Assembly: GCA_020632155.1 (NCBI GenBank)
Contig: JACKGE010000001.1
Coordinates: forward strand, 92,011-156,010
DNA length: 64,000 bases
Reading direction: 5' to 3'
Source: Candidatus Nomurabacteria bacterium
GTDB lineage: Bacteria; Patescibacteriota; Minisyncoccia; Phycocordibacterales; UBA918
A program made the position numbers and the translations under genes. Shown piece after piece: positions 18,525 to 26,538 of this stretch (position 1 is the stretch's first letter; the number at the start of each line of letters is the position of its first letter). The notes beneath the pieces are model-generated. The model saw only the letters and a list, made by a program, of their open reading frames with translations, had not been told where the DNA came from and made no database searches.

Positions 18525-18836
18525 TTAAATGGTCTTGCCGGTCTTACGAGAAATGCGGACCTTTTTGGCCTCAGCACCCTCACCTTCAGTCTTGTATCCA
18601 ACACGGACCGGCTTCTTGCCTTCTAAGAGAGCGACATTTGATACGTGAATCGCACCACTCTTTTCGATAATCTGTCCTTGTGAACGTGTACGGCGATTCT
18701 TCTGATGATGAGTCTGCACGTTTACACCTTCAACAATGACTTGTTCGGTTGTTGGCATTGAGACAATAACCTCACCGGTCTTGCCTTTATCTTTACCAGA
18801 GAGGACGATCACGGTGTCTCCTTTTTTGATCTTCAT
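18525..18836 (-). CDS. rplX: 50S ribosomal protein L24
   Basis: MKIKKGDTVIVLSGKDKGKTGEV (KOW). Confidence 0.92.
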   Translation of the reverse strand: MKIKKGDTVIVLSGKDKGKTGEVIVSMPTTEQVIVEGVNVQTHHQKNRRTRSQGQIIEKSGAIHVSNVALLEGKKPVRVGYKTEGEGAEAKKVRISRKTGKTI

Positions 18837-18861
18837 ATATATGTTGATTTAATGAGGGACA

Positions 18862-19233
18862 CTACACCACCTCAGGGGCGAGTGACACGATCTTCTGATA
18901 ACCTGCGTCCGCAATCTCACGCGGAATCGGACCAAAGACACGGTTAGCCTTTGGTTCCTTCTTTTCTTTGTCGACGAGCACAACAGCGTTGTCATCAAAG
19001 CTCACGTATGAACCGTCAGCTCGACGAAACGGCTTGCGCTGGCGCACAACGACGCCGTAGACAACGTCCTTTTTCTTCGTTTGCTTGCGTGGCTCAGCGG
19101 TCTGTACAGATAGCACAACCATTTCACCAAGCTCAGCATAACGCTTCTTTGAGCCTCCAAGTACCTTGAAGACGCGGCCGATCTTACCGCCAGAGTTGTC
19201 TGTGATCTTTACGATTGTCTGTGGTTGGATCAT
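18862..19233 (-). CDS. rplN: 50S ribosomal protein L14
   Basis: MIQPQTIVKITDNSGGK... Confidence 0.93.
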   Translation of the reverse strand: MIQPQTIVKITDNSGGKIGRVFKVLGGSKKRYAELGEMVVLSVQTAEPRKQTKKKDVVYGVVVRQRKPFRRADGSYVSFDDNAVVLVDKEKKEPKANRVFGPIPREIADAGYQKIVSLAPEVV

Positions 19234-19236
19234 ACG

Positions 19237-19509
19237 CTATGCATTAGTTACGAGCTCAAAACGCTTACGCTTCGAGAGTGGACGGGTCTCTTTGATTTCG
19301 ACCTTGCTGCCGACAGCAGCGGTATTACCCTTATCGTGCACCAGATACTTCTTAGTGCGACGGAGGAACTTCTTGTACTTTGGATGCTTGACGTAACGCT
19401 CTACCGCAACGGTACAGGTGTCCTGCATCTTAGAAGCCACGACGATTCCGCGGAGTACGCGGCCGCCAGACTTCTCAGTTGTAGTCTCTTTTTCTGTTGC
19501 CATATGCAT
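19237..19509 (-). CDS. rpsQ: 30S ribosomal protein S17
   Basis: 90 aa S17. Confidence 0.9.
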   Translation of the reverse strand: MHMATEKETTTEKSGGRVLRGIVVASKMQDTCTVAVERYVKHPKYKKFLRRTKKYLVHDKGNTAAVGSKVEIKETRPLSKRKRFELVTNA

Positions 19510-19716
19510 CTAGTTAGTCTCTGCCTTAGGAGCTTCCTTACCACGAGCGGTAAGTTCTGTTAGTGCGCGAGCGATCTCGTGACGAGCTGCGCGAACCGCA
19601 CGCACATCACGAGATGCGTGGTTGAAACGCGCGCTGCGCATTTCTTCTCGACGCTCAGTAACAAGCTCTTGTAACTCTTTGTCGCTCAGTTTGCGAATGT
19701 CTGCCATTGTTTTCAT
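19510..19716 (-). CDS. rpmC: 50S ribosomal protein L29
   Basis: MKTMADIRKLSDKELQELVTERREEMRSARF...; start moved to internal Met (ORF begins 19770). Confidence 0.85.
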   Translation of the reverse strand: MKTMADIRKLSDKELQELVTERREEMRSARFNHASRDVRAVRAARHEIARALTELTARGKEAPKAETN

Positions 19717-19814
19717 AATATTTCGTATTTCGCTAGTTCGCTCTTCGTTTTTCGAAGGTGCCCGAGGCACTCTCGAAGTGCTAAAAGCGAGGGACGAAGT
19801 GCGAGAAACTTGGG

Positions 19815-20249
19815 CTACGCCCTAGTTTCTTCACGAGTTACAAAACGGCCTTTAAGAGGAAGTTTGGCGGCTGCTTTGCGCATTGCCTCACGTGCCACCT
19901 CTTCAGAGACACCGTCTACTTCGAATAATACTCGACCGGGTGCTACTTCAAATACAAAGTGGTCTGGGTCACCCTTACCCTTACCCATACCTACCTCAGC
20001 TGGCTTTTTAGTAATCGGCTTATCAGGGAAGATACGAATCCATATCTTACCGGTCTTACCAAGCGTACGTGAGATAACACGACGTGCCGCCTCAATCTGA
20101 TTTGATTTAACGCGAGCCGGTGAGGTGGCCTTAAGGCCGTACGAGCCGAACGCAACAGTGACGCCGCGAGTCTCAGGACGCTGAAGCGCCTCCTCACTCT
20201 TACGACCAATCTGCCACTTTCGGTGTTTTACTTTCTTCGGAAACAACAT
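19815..20249 (-). CDS. rplP: 50S ribosomal protein L16
   Basis: MLFPKKVKHRKWQIGRK... Confidence 0.93.
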   Translation of the reverse strand: MLFPKKVKHRKWQIGRKSEEALQRPETRGVTVAFGSYGLKATSPARVKSNQIEAARRVISRTLGKTGKIWIRIFPDKPITKKPAEVGMGKGKGDPDHFVFEVAPGRVLFEVDGVSEEVAREAMRKAAAKLPLKGRFVTREETRA

Positions 20250-20254
20250 ACGCG

Positions 20255-20974
20255 TTAGTTACGAGGGGTGCGACGAGGACGCGCGGCTGGCTTTTCAGCC
20301 TCACCACTGGCGCGACGATCTGCAAAGACGTCACCACGGTAGATCCACACCTTGATACCAATGGCACCGTACGGAAGTACTGCAGTTACGCGCGCAAAAT
20401 CAATGTCTGCACGTAGGGTTTGTAGTGGGATTCGACCTTTCTTGAGCTCTTCGCGACGAGCCATATCAGCTCCGCCAAGACGTCCGGATACAATGATACG
20501 AACACCTTGTACGTCACGATTAGCCATTACCTTCTCAACGGTCTGCTTAAGCACGCGACGAAATGGCATGCGCTTTTCTAGACCTTCCGCTACCATCTGG
20601 CCGACGATAGTGGCGCTCGTTTCTGGTGAGCGAACCTCTTCAATATCGATCTTAAGCTCTGGCTTCTCCTCAAGTTTGAGGGTACGCAAGAGCATATCGA
20701 CATCCTTCTTTAGTTTAGTAGCTCCTTCGCCGCTACGACCAATGACCAACCCTGGGCGGGCGGTCTTGATGAGGATACGAAGGGCTTTTTCATCACGCTC
20801 GATCTCTACCGTGTCGACTGACATACCTTTAAGGCGCTTTGCCAGCAACTTACGGATAGCAGCATCGGTGCGTAGATATTCACGAAAACGCTTTTGGTCA
20901 GCTGCGAACCAGCGGCTACGCCAGTCGCGGTTGATTCCAATGCGTTGTACGTATGGATGTGCTACGTGTGTCAT
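20255..20974 (-). CDS. rpsC: 30S ribosomal protein S3
   Basis: 239 aa, KH domain plus C-terminal basic tail. Confidence 0.93.
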   Translation of the reverse strand: MTHVAHPYVQRIGINRDWRSRWFAADQKRFREYLRTDAAIRKLLAKRLKGMSVDTVEIERDEKALRILIKTARPGLVIGRSGEGATKLKKDVDMLLRTLKLEEKPELKIDIEEVRSPETSATIVGQMVAEGLEKRMPFRRVLKQTVEKVMANRDVQGVRIIVSGRLGGADMARREELKKGRIPLQTLRADIDFARVTAVLPYGAIGIKVWIYRGDVFADRRASGEAEKPAARPRRTPRN

Positions 20975-21059
20975 AATTTAGGTTATAGGTTATAGGTTAT
21001 AGGGAAATCGTATTCGACAATTTCTGACACCTGAAACCTGACACCTGTTAACTTAGGCT
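20975..21059. repeat. palindromic heptamer-repeat element copy C1 in rplV-rpsC intercistronic space
   Basis: plus strand TAGGTTA TAGGTTA TAGGTTA TAGGG - hairpin GAAATCG..ATTTC - TGACACC TGAAACC TGACACC TG. Confidence 0.65.
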
Positions 21060-21377
21060 TTAGCCTAGTTCGACAGTGATGTGACTGTTTCGACGATTAA
21101 TTGGGGACGCGCTACCGCGGGCACGAGGCATAAAGCGCTTATAGGTTGCGCCCTTGTCTACAGTGACCTTTTTGATGGTAAGGTGGTCGACATTCTTGCC
21201 AGATTGAGCCGCGTTGGCTGCTGCTGACGAAATGACCTTAGCAAACGGACCAGCCGCACGCTTATCGACAAACTGCAAGGTGGCCAACGCCTCCTTTACT
21301 TTCTTGCCGCGTACGAGGTCTGCAATGAGACGAACCTTACGAGGTGACTGGCGGTAATTCTTAAGTACTGCTTTCAT
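21060..21377 (-). CDS. rplV: 50S ribosomal protein L22
   Basis: MKAVLKNYRQSPRKVRLIADLVRGKKV. Confidence 0.9.
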   Translation of the reverse strand: MKAVLKNYRQSPRKVRLIADLVRGKKVKEALATLQFVDKRAAGPFAKVISSAAANAAQSGKNVDHLTIKKVTVDKGATYKRFMPRARGSASPINRRNSHITVELG

Positions 21378-21467
21378 GATTTTAGGTTATAGGTTGTAGG
21401 TTATAGGTTGTAGAGAAATCGTCTTTGAAGATTTCTGAAACCTGAAACCTGTCACCTGCAAACTTCG
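21378..21467. repeat. palindromic heptamer-repeat element copy C2 in rpsS-rplV intercistronic space
   Basis: TAGGTTA TAGGTTG TAGGTTA TAGGTTG TAG - hairpin AGAAATCGTCTTTGAAGATTTCT - GAAACCT GAAACCT GTCACCTG. Confidence 0.65.
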
Positions 21468-21794
21468 TTAGGCGGCCTTAGCTGCTTTAGCTGCTGCTAT
21501 TTCAGCCTCCTTCTTCTTCTGGTCAAGCTCCTTCTGCATCTTACCGCCGTGGCGATAGAACTTCTTGGTTGGGGCAAATTCTCCGAGACGATGACCTACC
21601 ATTTCTTCTGTACACTGGACTGAGAGGTGCTCTCGGCCATTGTGTACGCCAAAAGTAAAGCCAACCATCTCCGGTGAGATGACCGCATCACGTGACCATG
21701 TTTTGATCACTCCTGCCTCGGCCGGCTTCTTGCCGTCGATTTTCTTTAGCAGGCGCTCATCTACGAATGGGCCTTTATATACTGATCGTGACAT
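21468..21794 (-). CDS. rpsS: 30S ribosomal protein S19
   Basis: [19 protein letters not shown]...; Lys/Ala-rich C-terminal tail. Confidence 0.92.
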   Translation of the reverse strand: MSRSVYKGPFVDERLLKKIDGKKPAEAGVIKTWSRDAVISPEMVGFTFGVHNGREHLSVQCTEEMVGHRLGEFAPTKKFYRHGGKMQKELDQKKKEAEIAAAKAAKAA

Positions 21795-21934
21795 AGATTG
21801 TAGTAACGAATAAACGACTCAAAAAGAGCCTTGTATCGCAGTGCGATTAACGGTCACACAACGACATCATCTTGTTCTTTTTTGTGCGTACCGCTGCTGC
21901 CAGGCTTTAGTACACCGAGGTTTGGAACGGCCGT

Positions 21935-21963
21935 ATACTACGGGAAACTAAGGGGATTGTCAA
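21935..21963 (-). promoter_or_regulatory. putative sigma70-like promoter for rpsS block (TTGACA-17-TAGTAT on minus strand)
   Basis: needed because a terminator follows rplB; sequence-only prediction. Confidence 0.4.
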
Positions 21964-22029
21964 TGTTCTTGCTGAAACGCGCCGGACATGTTTTATTGGT
22001 TATAGAGAACATGTTCTAGGGAGGCTTCA

Positions 22030-22467
22030 ATGAAGGAACATACGCTCCGTCGAATCACTGTGGCCGTGTTTTTTGCACCTTTTTTGGTGAGTTGTCAGTA
22101 TTGCTACGAACTACAGACAGAGATGGCCCCGCAAATGATAGCGGGTAAACCATGGACACCTGCAATGCAAGCTTTTTGGTTTAGGTACACCCAAACCAAC
22201 AGCGTGATGATGGTGTCATTGGCATTATTGATTGTTCTACATTTCTGGAAGTCAGGATCAAGGTCTCGAGCCGCAGATCTGGTGAGATATCTGTACTTCG
22301 GTCTACTTGAAGGACTTACTATTGCCGTTGCGACATACACCTACGGAATCAGTGTGGTATTCACCACGACAACCGCAGAGTGGTTTTCCTACTTTTTGGT
22401 GAGCTGGGGCCTTTATATTGGCCATTTGCAGAGCCACGAACTTTCTCGACTTCTACCCAAAAACTAA
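22030..22467 (+). CDS. hypothetical membrane protein (145 aa), opposite strand, inserted between rplB and rpsS
   Basis: SD GGGAGG 6 nt before ATG; about 4 TM. Confidence 0.55.
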   Translation: MKEHTLRRITVAVFFAPFLVSCQYCYELQTEMAPQMIAGKPWTPAMQAFWFRYTQTNSVMMVSLALLIVLHFWKSGSRSRAADLVRYLYFGLLEGLTIAVATYTYGISVVFTTTTAEWFSYFLVSWGLYIGHLQSHELSRLLPKN

Positions 22468-22480
22468 GGAGGCGAATAGC

Positions 22481-22675
22481 ATGTGTGATCTTGTTCATTC
22501 CATGCATATCAAGGCTTGCGGTGGCGAATATGACGGGAAACACCCCATCGCCGAGCTCAAGAAAAAAGCAAAAAGAGGCGACGCCAACGCAAAAAGCGCA
22601 CTGCTCCTAAGGGCGCAGCTCGGCACATCTGATTCGCATGAGGCGGCAAAAGCAGTGCAAGAACTCGGCCTCTGA
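22481..22675 (+). CDS. hypothetical small protein (64 aa)
   Basis: AAGGAGG-8nt-ATG (MCDLVHSMHIKACGG...); internal start of ORF 22418. Confidence 0.45.
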   Translation: MCDLVHSMHIKACGGEYDGKHPIAELKKKAKRGDANAKSALLLRAQLGTSDSHEAAKAVQELGL

Positions 22676-22725
22676 AGACAAGGGGTTGAAAAAACTAATA
22701 GACTCGGCGAGGAATCGCCGGGTTT

Positions 22726-22764
22726 TCTGTTACCTAGACAAAAGCCGCGCCCTATGGGCGCGGC
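22726..22764 (+). terminator. 18-bp perfect hairpin (TAGACAAAAGCCGCGCCC-TAT-GGGCGCGGCTTTTGTCTA)
   Basis: perfect inverted repeat after small + strand gene. Confidence 0.55.
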
Positions 22765-22796
22765 TTTTGTCTAGGCATAGTGATACGCTTACTAAT

Positions 22797-22833
22797 AATC
22801 AAAAAACCTGCGCAAGGCGCAGGTTTTTTGATT
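22797..22833. terminator. bidirectional terminator abutting the rplB stop codon (AATCAAAAAACCTGCGC-AAG-GCGCAGGTTTTTTGATT)
   Basis: 17-bp stem with A6/T6 flanks; would terminate rplC-rplB transcription before rpsS. Confidence 0.65.
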
Positions 22834-23695
22834 ATTTCTTCCTGTTCTGCATGAGCTTGCCGGGTTTGCGGCGAGACACGATGAACTTGTTTGAGTACTT
22901 CTTTGGTTTACGGGTCTTTTGACCTTTACCAGTCGGACGACCTTGTGCGGTGCGTGAACGCTTGTGACCACGAGGACTGCGTCCCTCACCACCTCCATGT
23001 GGGTGATCAACTGCGTTCTTGGCGCTACCACGTGTCTTCGGGCGAAGACCCATATGGCGAGCACGTCCCGCCTTACCGATGTTTACCAAACGGTGTTCCT
23101 CATTTGAGGCTTCACCAACTGTTGCCCAGCAAGTCGAGAGGATACGGCGCACCTCCGATGATGGGAGTTTGAGCTGCGTGTACCCACCGTCATGAGCTAC
23201 CACCTCGGCGTAGTTACCGGCGCTACGCGCAATGCGAGCTCCAGCACCCGGCTTTAGTTCAATAGCGTAGACAAAGGTACCTGCTGGTAGTTTACCAAGT
23301 GGCAAACGATTACCAAGCTTAGCCTTTGCTTTCTCCGAAACGGTGAAGGTATCACCTACCTTCATACGCTGTGGTGCTACGATGTAGCGACGCTCACCGT
23401 CTTTGTAGAGTACAAGGGCGATAAACGCGCTACGGTAGGGATCGTATTCGACAGATTCTACCTTCGCTGGAATATCCTTCTTATCGAACTTGAAGTCGAT
23501 CTCACGATACTTGCGCTTGTTGCCAGCACCACGATACCACGTAGTGGTACGACCTTGACTGTTACGACCACCGGTTGAACTCTTACCCTTTACAAGGGCC
23601 TTGTGTGGCTGGTTCTTAGAGCCTGAGAGTTTCTCTTTGTATGAGACAACGGTCATGCCACGACGACCAGCTGATGTTGGTTTGTATTTTTTCAT
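22832..23695 (-). CDS. rplB: 50S ribosomal protein L2
   Basis: 287 aa; ...GGGEGRSPRGHKRS... Confidence 0.93.
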   Translation of the reverse strand: MKKYKPTSAGRRGMTVVSYKEKLSGSKNQPHKALVKGKSSTGGRNSQGRTTTWYRGAGNKRKYREIDFKFDKKDIPAKVESVEYDPYRSAFIALVLYKDGERRYIVAPQRMKVGDTFTVSEKAKAKLGNRLPLGKLPAGTFVYAIELKPGAGARIARSAGNYAEVVAHDGGYTQLKLPSSEVRRILSTCWATVGEASNEEHRLVNIGKAGRARHMGLRPKTRGSAKNAVDHPHGGGEGRSPRGHKRSRTAQGRPTGKGQKTRKPKKYSNKFIVSRRKPGKLMQNRKK

Positions 23696-23699
23696 ATAC

Positions 23700-24071
23700 C
23701 TAGACCAGATTTATTGAGTCGCCGTCTTTAAGATAGACGTACGCTTTCTTAAGACCTTTCTCTGATACAGTTCGACCCTTACTGCGAGATTGATATGAAC
23801 GTGGTGCTTTATTGACGATGTTCACCTTCACCGGCGTCACTCCAAAGAGGGCTTTGACTGCATCACGTACATCGTACTTGGTAGCATCGCGTCGCACTAC
23901 AAACGTGTAGACGTTCTGCTCTCCTTTCTGAACCGCTTTTTCGGTGAGACGTGGCTTCTGGATGACCGACTCAAGGTTACGGTCAGTCACAAGCGCTTTC
24001 TTGTGTGACGTTACCTTTGGCGCTGCATCCTTGCTCTCTTGGGTTTTCGTTTTTCGACTAAAGAGTGCCAT
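23700..24071 (-). CDS. rplW: 50S ribosomal protein L23 (N-terminal extension)
   Basis: L23 core ...YTFVVRRDATKYDVRDAVKALFGVTPVKVNIVN... Confidence 0.88.
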   Translation of the reverse strand: MALFSRKTKTQESKDAAPKVTSHKKALVTDRNLESVIQKPRLTEKAVQKGEQNVYTFVVRRDATKYDVRDAVKALFGVTPVKVNIVNKAPRSYQSRSKGRTVSEKGLKKAYVYLKDGDSINLV

Positions 24072-24098
24072 GATTTCTAATTAATTTAACAATTAGCC

Positions 24099-24761
24099 TT
24101 ACGCTACCCGCTTTTCGAGTGCTTCAATAGTAGCGCTTGGTTCTGCCACGAGGACATATTTGTATGTCAGAAGATCAACTGAATTGATGTCCTTGACTTG
24201 CGCAACGAGGAAATTCCCGAAATTACGGAAGCTTTTCTCTGTCGCTTCATTGCGGGTAGGAAGGACAATAAGCGCAGTATTTTTACGCTTGGTTGCAAGG
24301 TCTTCCTTACCAGCACCACCAGCAATGGCTTTGATAATGTTCTTAGCCTCTGCTGCCTTTGGAGACTCGATAGCAAGAGAGTCAACAAATACGACTTCAC
24401 CGTCTGAGAGCTTCTTAGATAGAGTGCTCGCAAACGCCTTGGCGCGTACTTTTTTGTTTATCTTCTTGCTGTAGTCTTTATCACTACGTGGGCCGTGAGC
24501 GACACCACCACCGGTCCAAATTGGACTTCGGCGTGAGCCGTGACGAGCGCGACCAGTACCCTTCTGCCGCCATGGCTTTTTACCACCACCAGAAACCTCA
24601 CTGCGGTCCTTGGTATGAGCAGCGCTGGTACGAGCGTTGGACTGCATAGAGACCACTACCTCGTGAACGAGGTCAGGATTCCATGCGACACCAAACACTG
24701 ACTCAGGCAAAGCAACTTTGCCAGCTTCTTTTCCTTCTTTATTGAAGATCTTGGTTTCCAT
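24099..24761 (-). CDS. rplD: 50S ribosomal protein L4
   Basis: ...GGGKKPWRQKGTGRARHGSRRSPIWTGGGVAHGP... Confidence 0.92.
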   Translation of the reverse strand: METKIFNKEGKEAGKVALPESVFGVAWNPDLVHEVVVSMQSNARTSAAHTKDRSEVSGGGKKPWRQKGTGRARHGSRRSPIWTGGGVAHGPRSDKDYSKKINKKVRAKAFASTLSKKLSDGEVVFVDSLAIESPKAAEAKNIIKAIAGGAGKEDLATKRKNTALIVLPTRNEATEKSFRNFGNFLVAQVKDINSVDLLTYKYVLVAEPSATIEALEKRVA

Positions 24762-24764
24762 ACG

Positions 24765-25385
24765 CTAGACGCTACGAACTTCTACTAATGTCCCTCGTCG
24801 ACCTGGGATTGCTCCCTTAATGAGGATGATATTTTGGTCTGGATTCACCTGCAGAACCTTAAGGTTCTTAACCGTGATACGGTCGCCACCCATGCGGCCA
24901 GCCATGCGGAGGCCTTTGATGACGCGACCAAAACCGGTTGAACCGATTGAACCCGGTTCACGGTGCGAGTGCTTCTGTCCGTGTGAGGCGCGACCACCGG
25001 CAAAACCGTGACGCTTAACCACACCCTGAAAGCCCTTACCTTTGGAAATAGCTGAAACCGCTACGACATCGCCAACCGCAAAGATAGACGCATCGATAGC
25101 CTGTCCCTCACTAAATCCATCAAGTGATTCCGCTTGTCCTTGGCGAACACGGAATTCTTTGACGAAACGCTTGGCGCCACCTTGGTGACCGAGCTCAGCC
25201 TTAGAAAGGCGGTGCTCTTTTTGCTCACCGGCAGCAACCTGAACGGCCTCATAACCGTCCTTCTCAGCCGTCTTAAGAGCGGTGACCACAAGTGGGTCCA
25301 CTTTAAGCACTGTTGCTGGAGAGGCGGTGCCGGTCTCATCGAAGACCTGCGTCATGCCGTCCTTGGTTCCTAAAATAAATTTCAT
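24765..25385 (-). CDS. rplC: 50S ribosomal protein L3
   Basis: 206 aa L3. Confidence 0.92.
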   Translation of the reverse strand: MKFILGTKDGMTQVFDETGTASPATVLKVDPLVVTALKTAEKDGYEAVQVAAGEQKEHRLSKAELGHQGGAKRFVKEFRVRQGQAESLDGFSEGQAIDASIFAVGDVVAVSAISKGKGFQGVVKRHGFAGGRASHGQKHSHREPGSIGSTGFGRVIKGLRMAGRMGGDRITVKNLKVLQVNPDQNIILIKGAIPGRRGTLVEVRSV

Positions 25386-25594
25386 TTACTTTGGACTATC
25401 CTAATAAATTCTTATTAAGACCCAAACAAAATCGCACTTGGCAAGTCGCGAGCACAGCTCACGCATTACCAAGCGCGATTTTGTGCCCATTGGTTCTCAG
25501 GAATGCAGGCACTCCCTCACCGAACATAGGTCTTTAATAAGCTGGTGGTAGTATACGGATTTTGGACAAATTAGCAAGTTGCGCACCAATGTGA

Positions 25595-25624
25595 TTGACA
25601 AAAGCCTCATTGGAGCGGTATGGT
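25595..25624 (+). promoter_or_regulatory. putative promoter TTGACA-18-TATGGT driving the small peptide ORF
   Basis: sequence-only. Confidence 0.35.
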
Positions 25625-25634
25625 ACGAAGTAGG

Positions 25635-25691
25635 AGGGGTCAGCATGCGGACAGACCTTCTCTTGATCCTCGTGATCTTTTTGTACATATT
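25635..25691 (+). CDS. 18-aa hydrophobic peptide MRTDLLLILVIFLYIFRA (type I toxin-like, Ibs/Sib style) between rpsJ and rplC
   Basis: AGGAGGGG SD 6 nt upstream of ATG, own promoter, downstream terminator; too short for ORF track. Confidence 0.3.
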
Positions 25692-25842
25692 CCGCGCATA
25701 AGGAAGCTGCGATGAAAAGCAGGAATTGTGAAAGGATTTTGACAACCTTCGGATTCCTCCTCAACTATCGCAACCCTCATTGGTAGGACTACGAAGCCTG
25801 CCAAAGACCGCTAGGCCGGATAGCCTGTGAGATAAAGAAGCT

Positions 25843-25889
25843 CTGCGATGTAACCACCAACGTGTCACGTCGCAGGGCTTTTCTTTTTG
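25843..25889 (+). terminator. plus-strand hairpin + T-run (CTGCGATG...CGTCGCAG GGCTTTTCTTTTTG)
   Basis: 8-bp stem with G.T wobble, T-rich tail. Confidence 0.5.
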
Positions 25890-25895
25890 AAAATA

Positions 25896-25935
25896 AACCA
25901 AAACCCCGCGGCTGAAGCCGCGGGGTTTTGGTTTT
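25896..25935. terminator. bidirectional GC-rich terminator (AAACCCCGCGGC-TGAA-GCCGCGGGGTTTTGGTTTT) downstream of rpsJ
   Basis: 9-bp GC stem with A/T runs both sides; separates rpsJ from rplC. Confidence 0.65.
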
Positions 25936-26076
25936 GGCAACTAAGTTGAACTATTCTGAGGAAAAATGGATGAGATGCAAGGCACCGGAGGAAAATAATG
26001 TGAGTGCGGCTACTAGCCGAGCGAACATTATTTTACCGATCGGTAACAAAGCAGGTCGCCATTTTTACCAGAATAA

Positions 26077-26433
26077 CTACATCATCTTGACGTCAATAGA
26101 CACCCCAGATGGCAGAGAGAGGTTGGTCAGTGCTTCCACGACCTTTCCGCTCGGGTTCATGATGTCGATGACACGCTTATGCATGCGCATCTCAAACTGT
26201 TCTCGCGCATCCTTATGAACGAAGGTCGAGCGATTTACCGTGTACTTTTTGATCTCAGTTGGAAGCGGAATCGGACCAACAACCTTGGCGTCAAAACGCA
26301 AGGCGGTGTCGATGATCTGCTTTACACTGGTATCGAGGATCTTGTGTTCATAAGCACGAACACGAATACGGAGTTTTTGAATCTCTCCAGCAGGCGCCTT
26401 GGCGCTGCTTTTTGTTGTTTTAGTAGTTGCCAT
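26077..26433 (-). CDS. rpsJ: 30S ribosomal protein S10 (N-terminal extension)
   Basis: ...IRVRAYEHKILDTSVKQIIDTALRFDAKVVGPIPLPT... Confidence 0.9.
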   Translation of the reverse strand: MATTKTTKSSAKAPAGEIQKLRIRVRAYEHKILDTSVKQIIDTALRFDAKVVGPIPLPTEIKKYTVNRSTFVHKDAREQFEMRMHKRVIDIMNPSGKVVEALTNLSLPSGVSIDVKMM

Positions 26434-26538
26434 ATTTTAAGGTTTTAGTTTATAGGTTTAAGGTTTCAGTGTTTGGTGTAAGAAACGCCAAAGCATTTCT
26501 GCAACCATCAAACCTTATCCCTGTCCTTTACATTGTTG
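26434..26538. repeat. heptamer-repeat element copy C3 (diverged) in tuf-rpsJ intergenic leader
   Basis: AAGGTTT TAGTTTA TAGGTTT AAGGTTT CAGTGTT - hairpin AGAAACGCCAAAGCATTTCT. Confidence 0.55.

Noticed and set aside
20352-20981. 209-aa plus-strand ORF inside rpsC and similar antisense ORFs inside rplB, rplD, rplC, recJ (50787..51635), oxidoreductase gene (32839..33396), SleB-like gene (61820..62533) and nusA (62864..63410)
   Set aside because: They lie antisense to well-supported conserved genes, have Arg/Ser/Pro-rich compositions typical of shadow frames, and have no RBS.
25497-25764. Two overlapping minus-strand ORFs (76-82 aa) in the rpsJ-rplC spacer
   Set aside because: Begin with TTG, no SD, overlap antisense to the SD-bearing 18-aa peptide gene; more likely an antisense RNA region than proteins.
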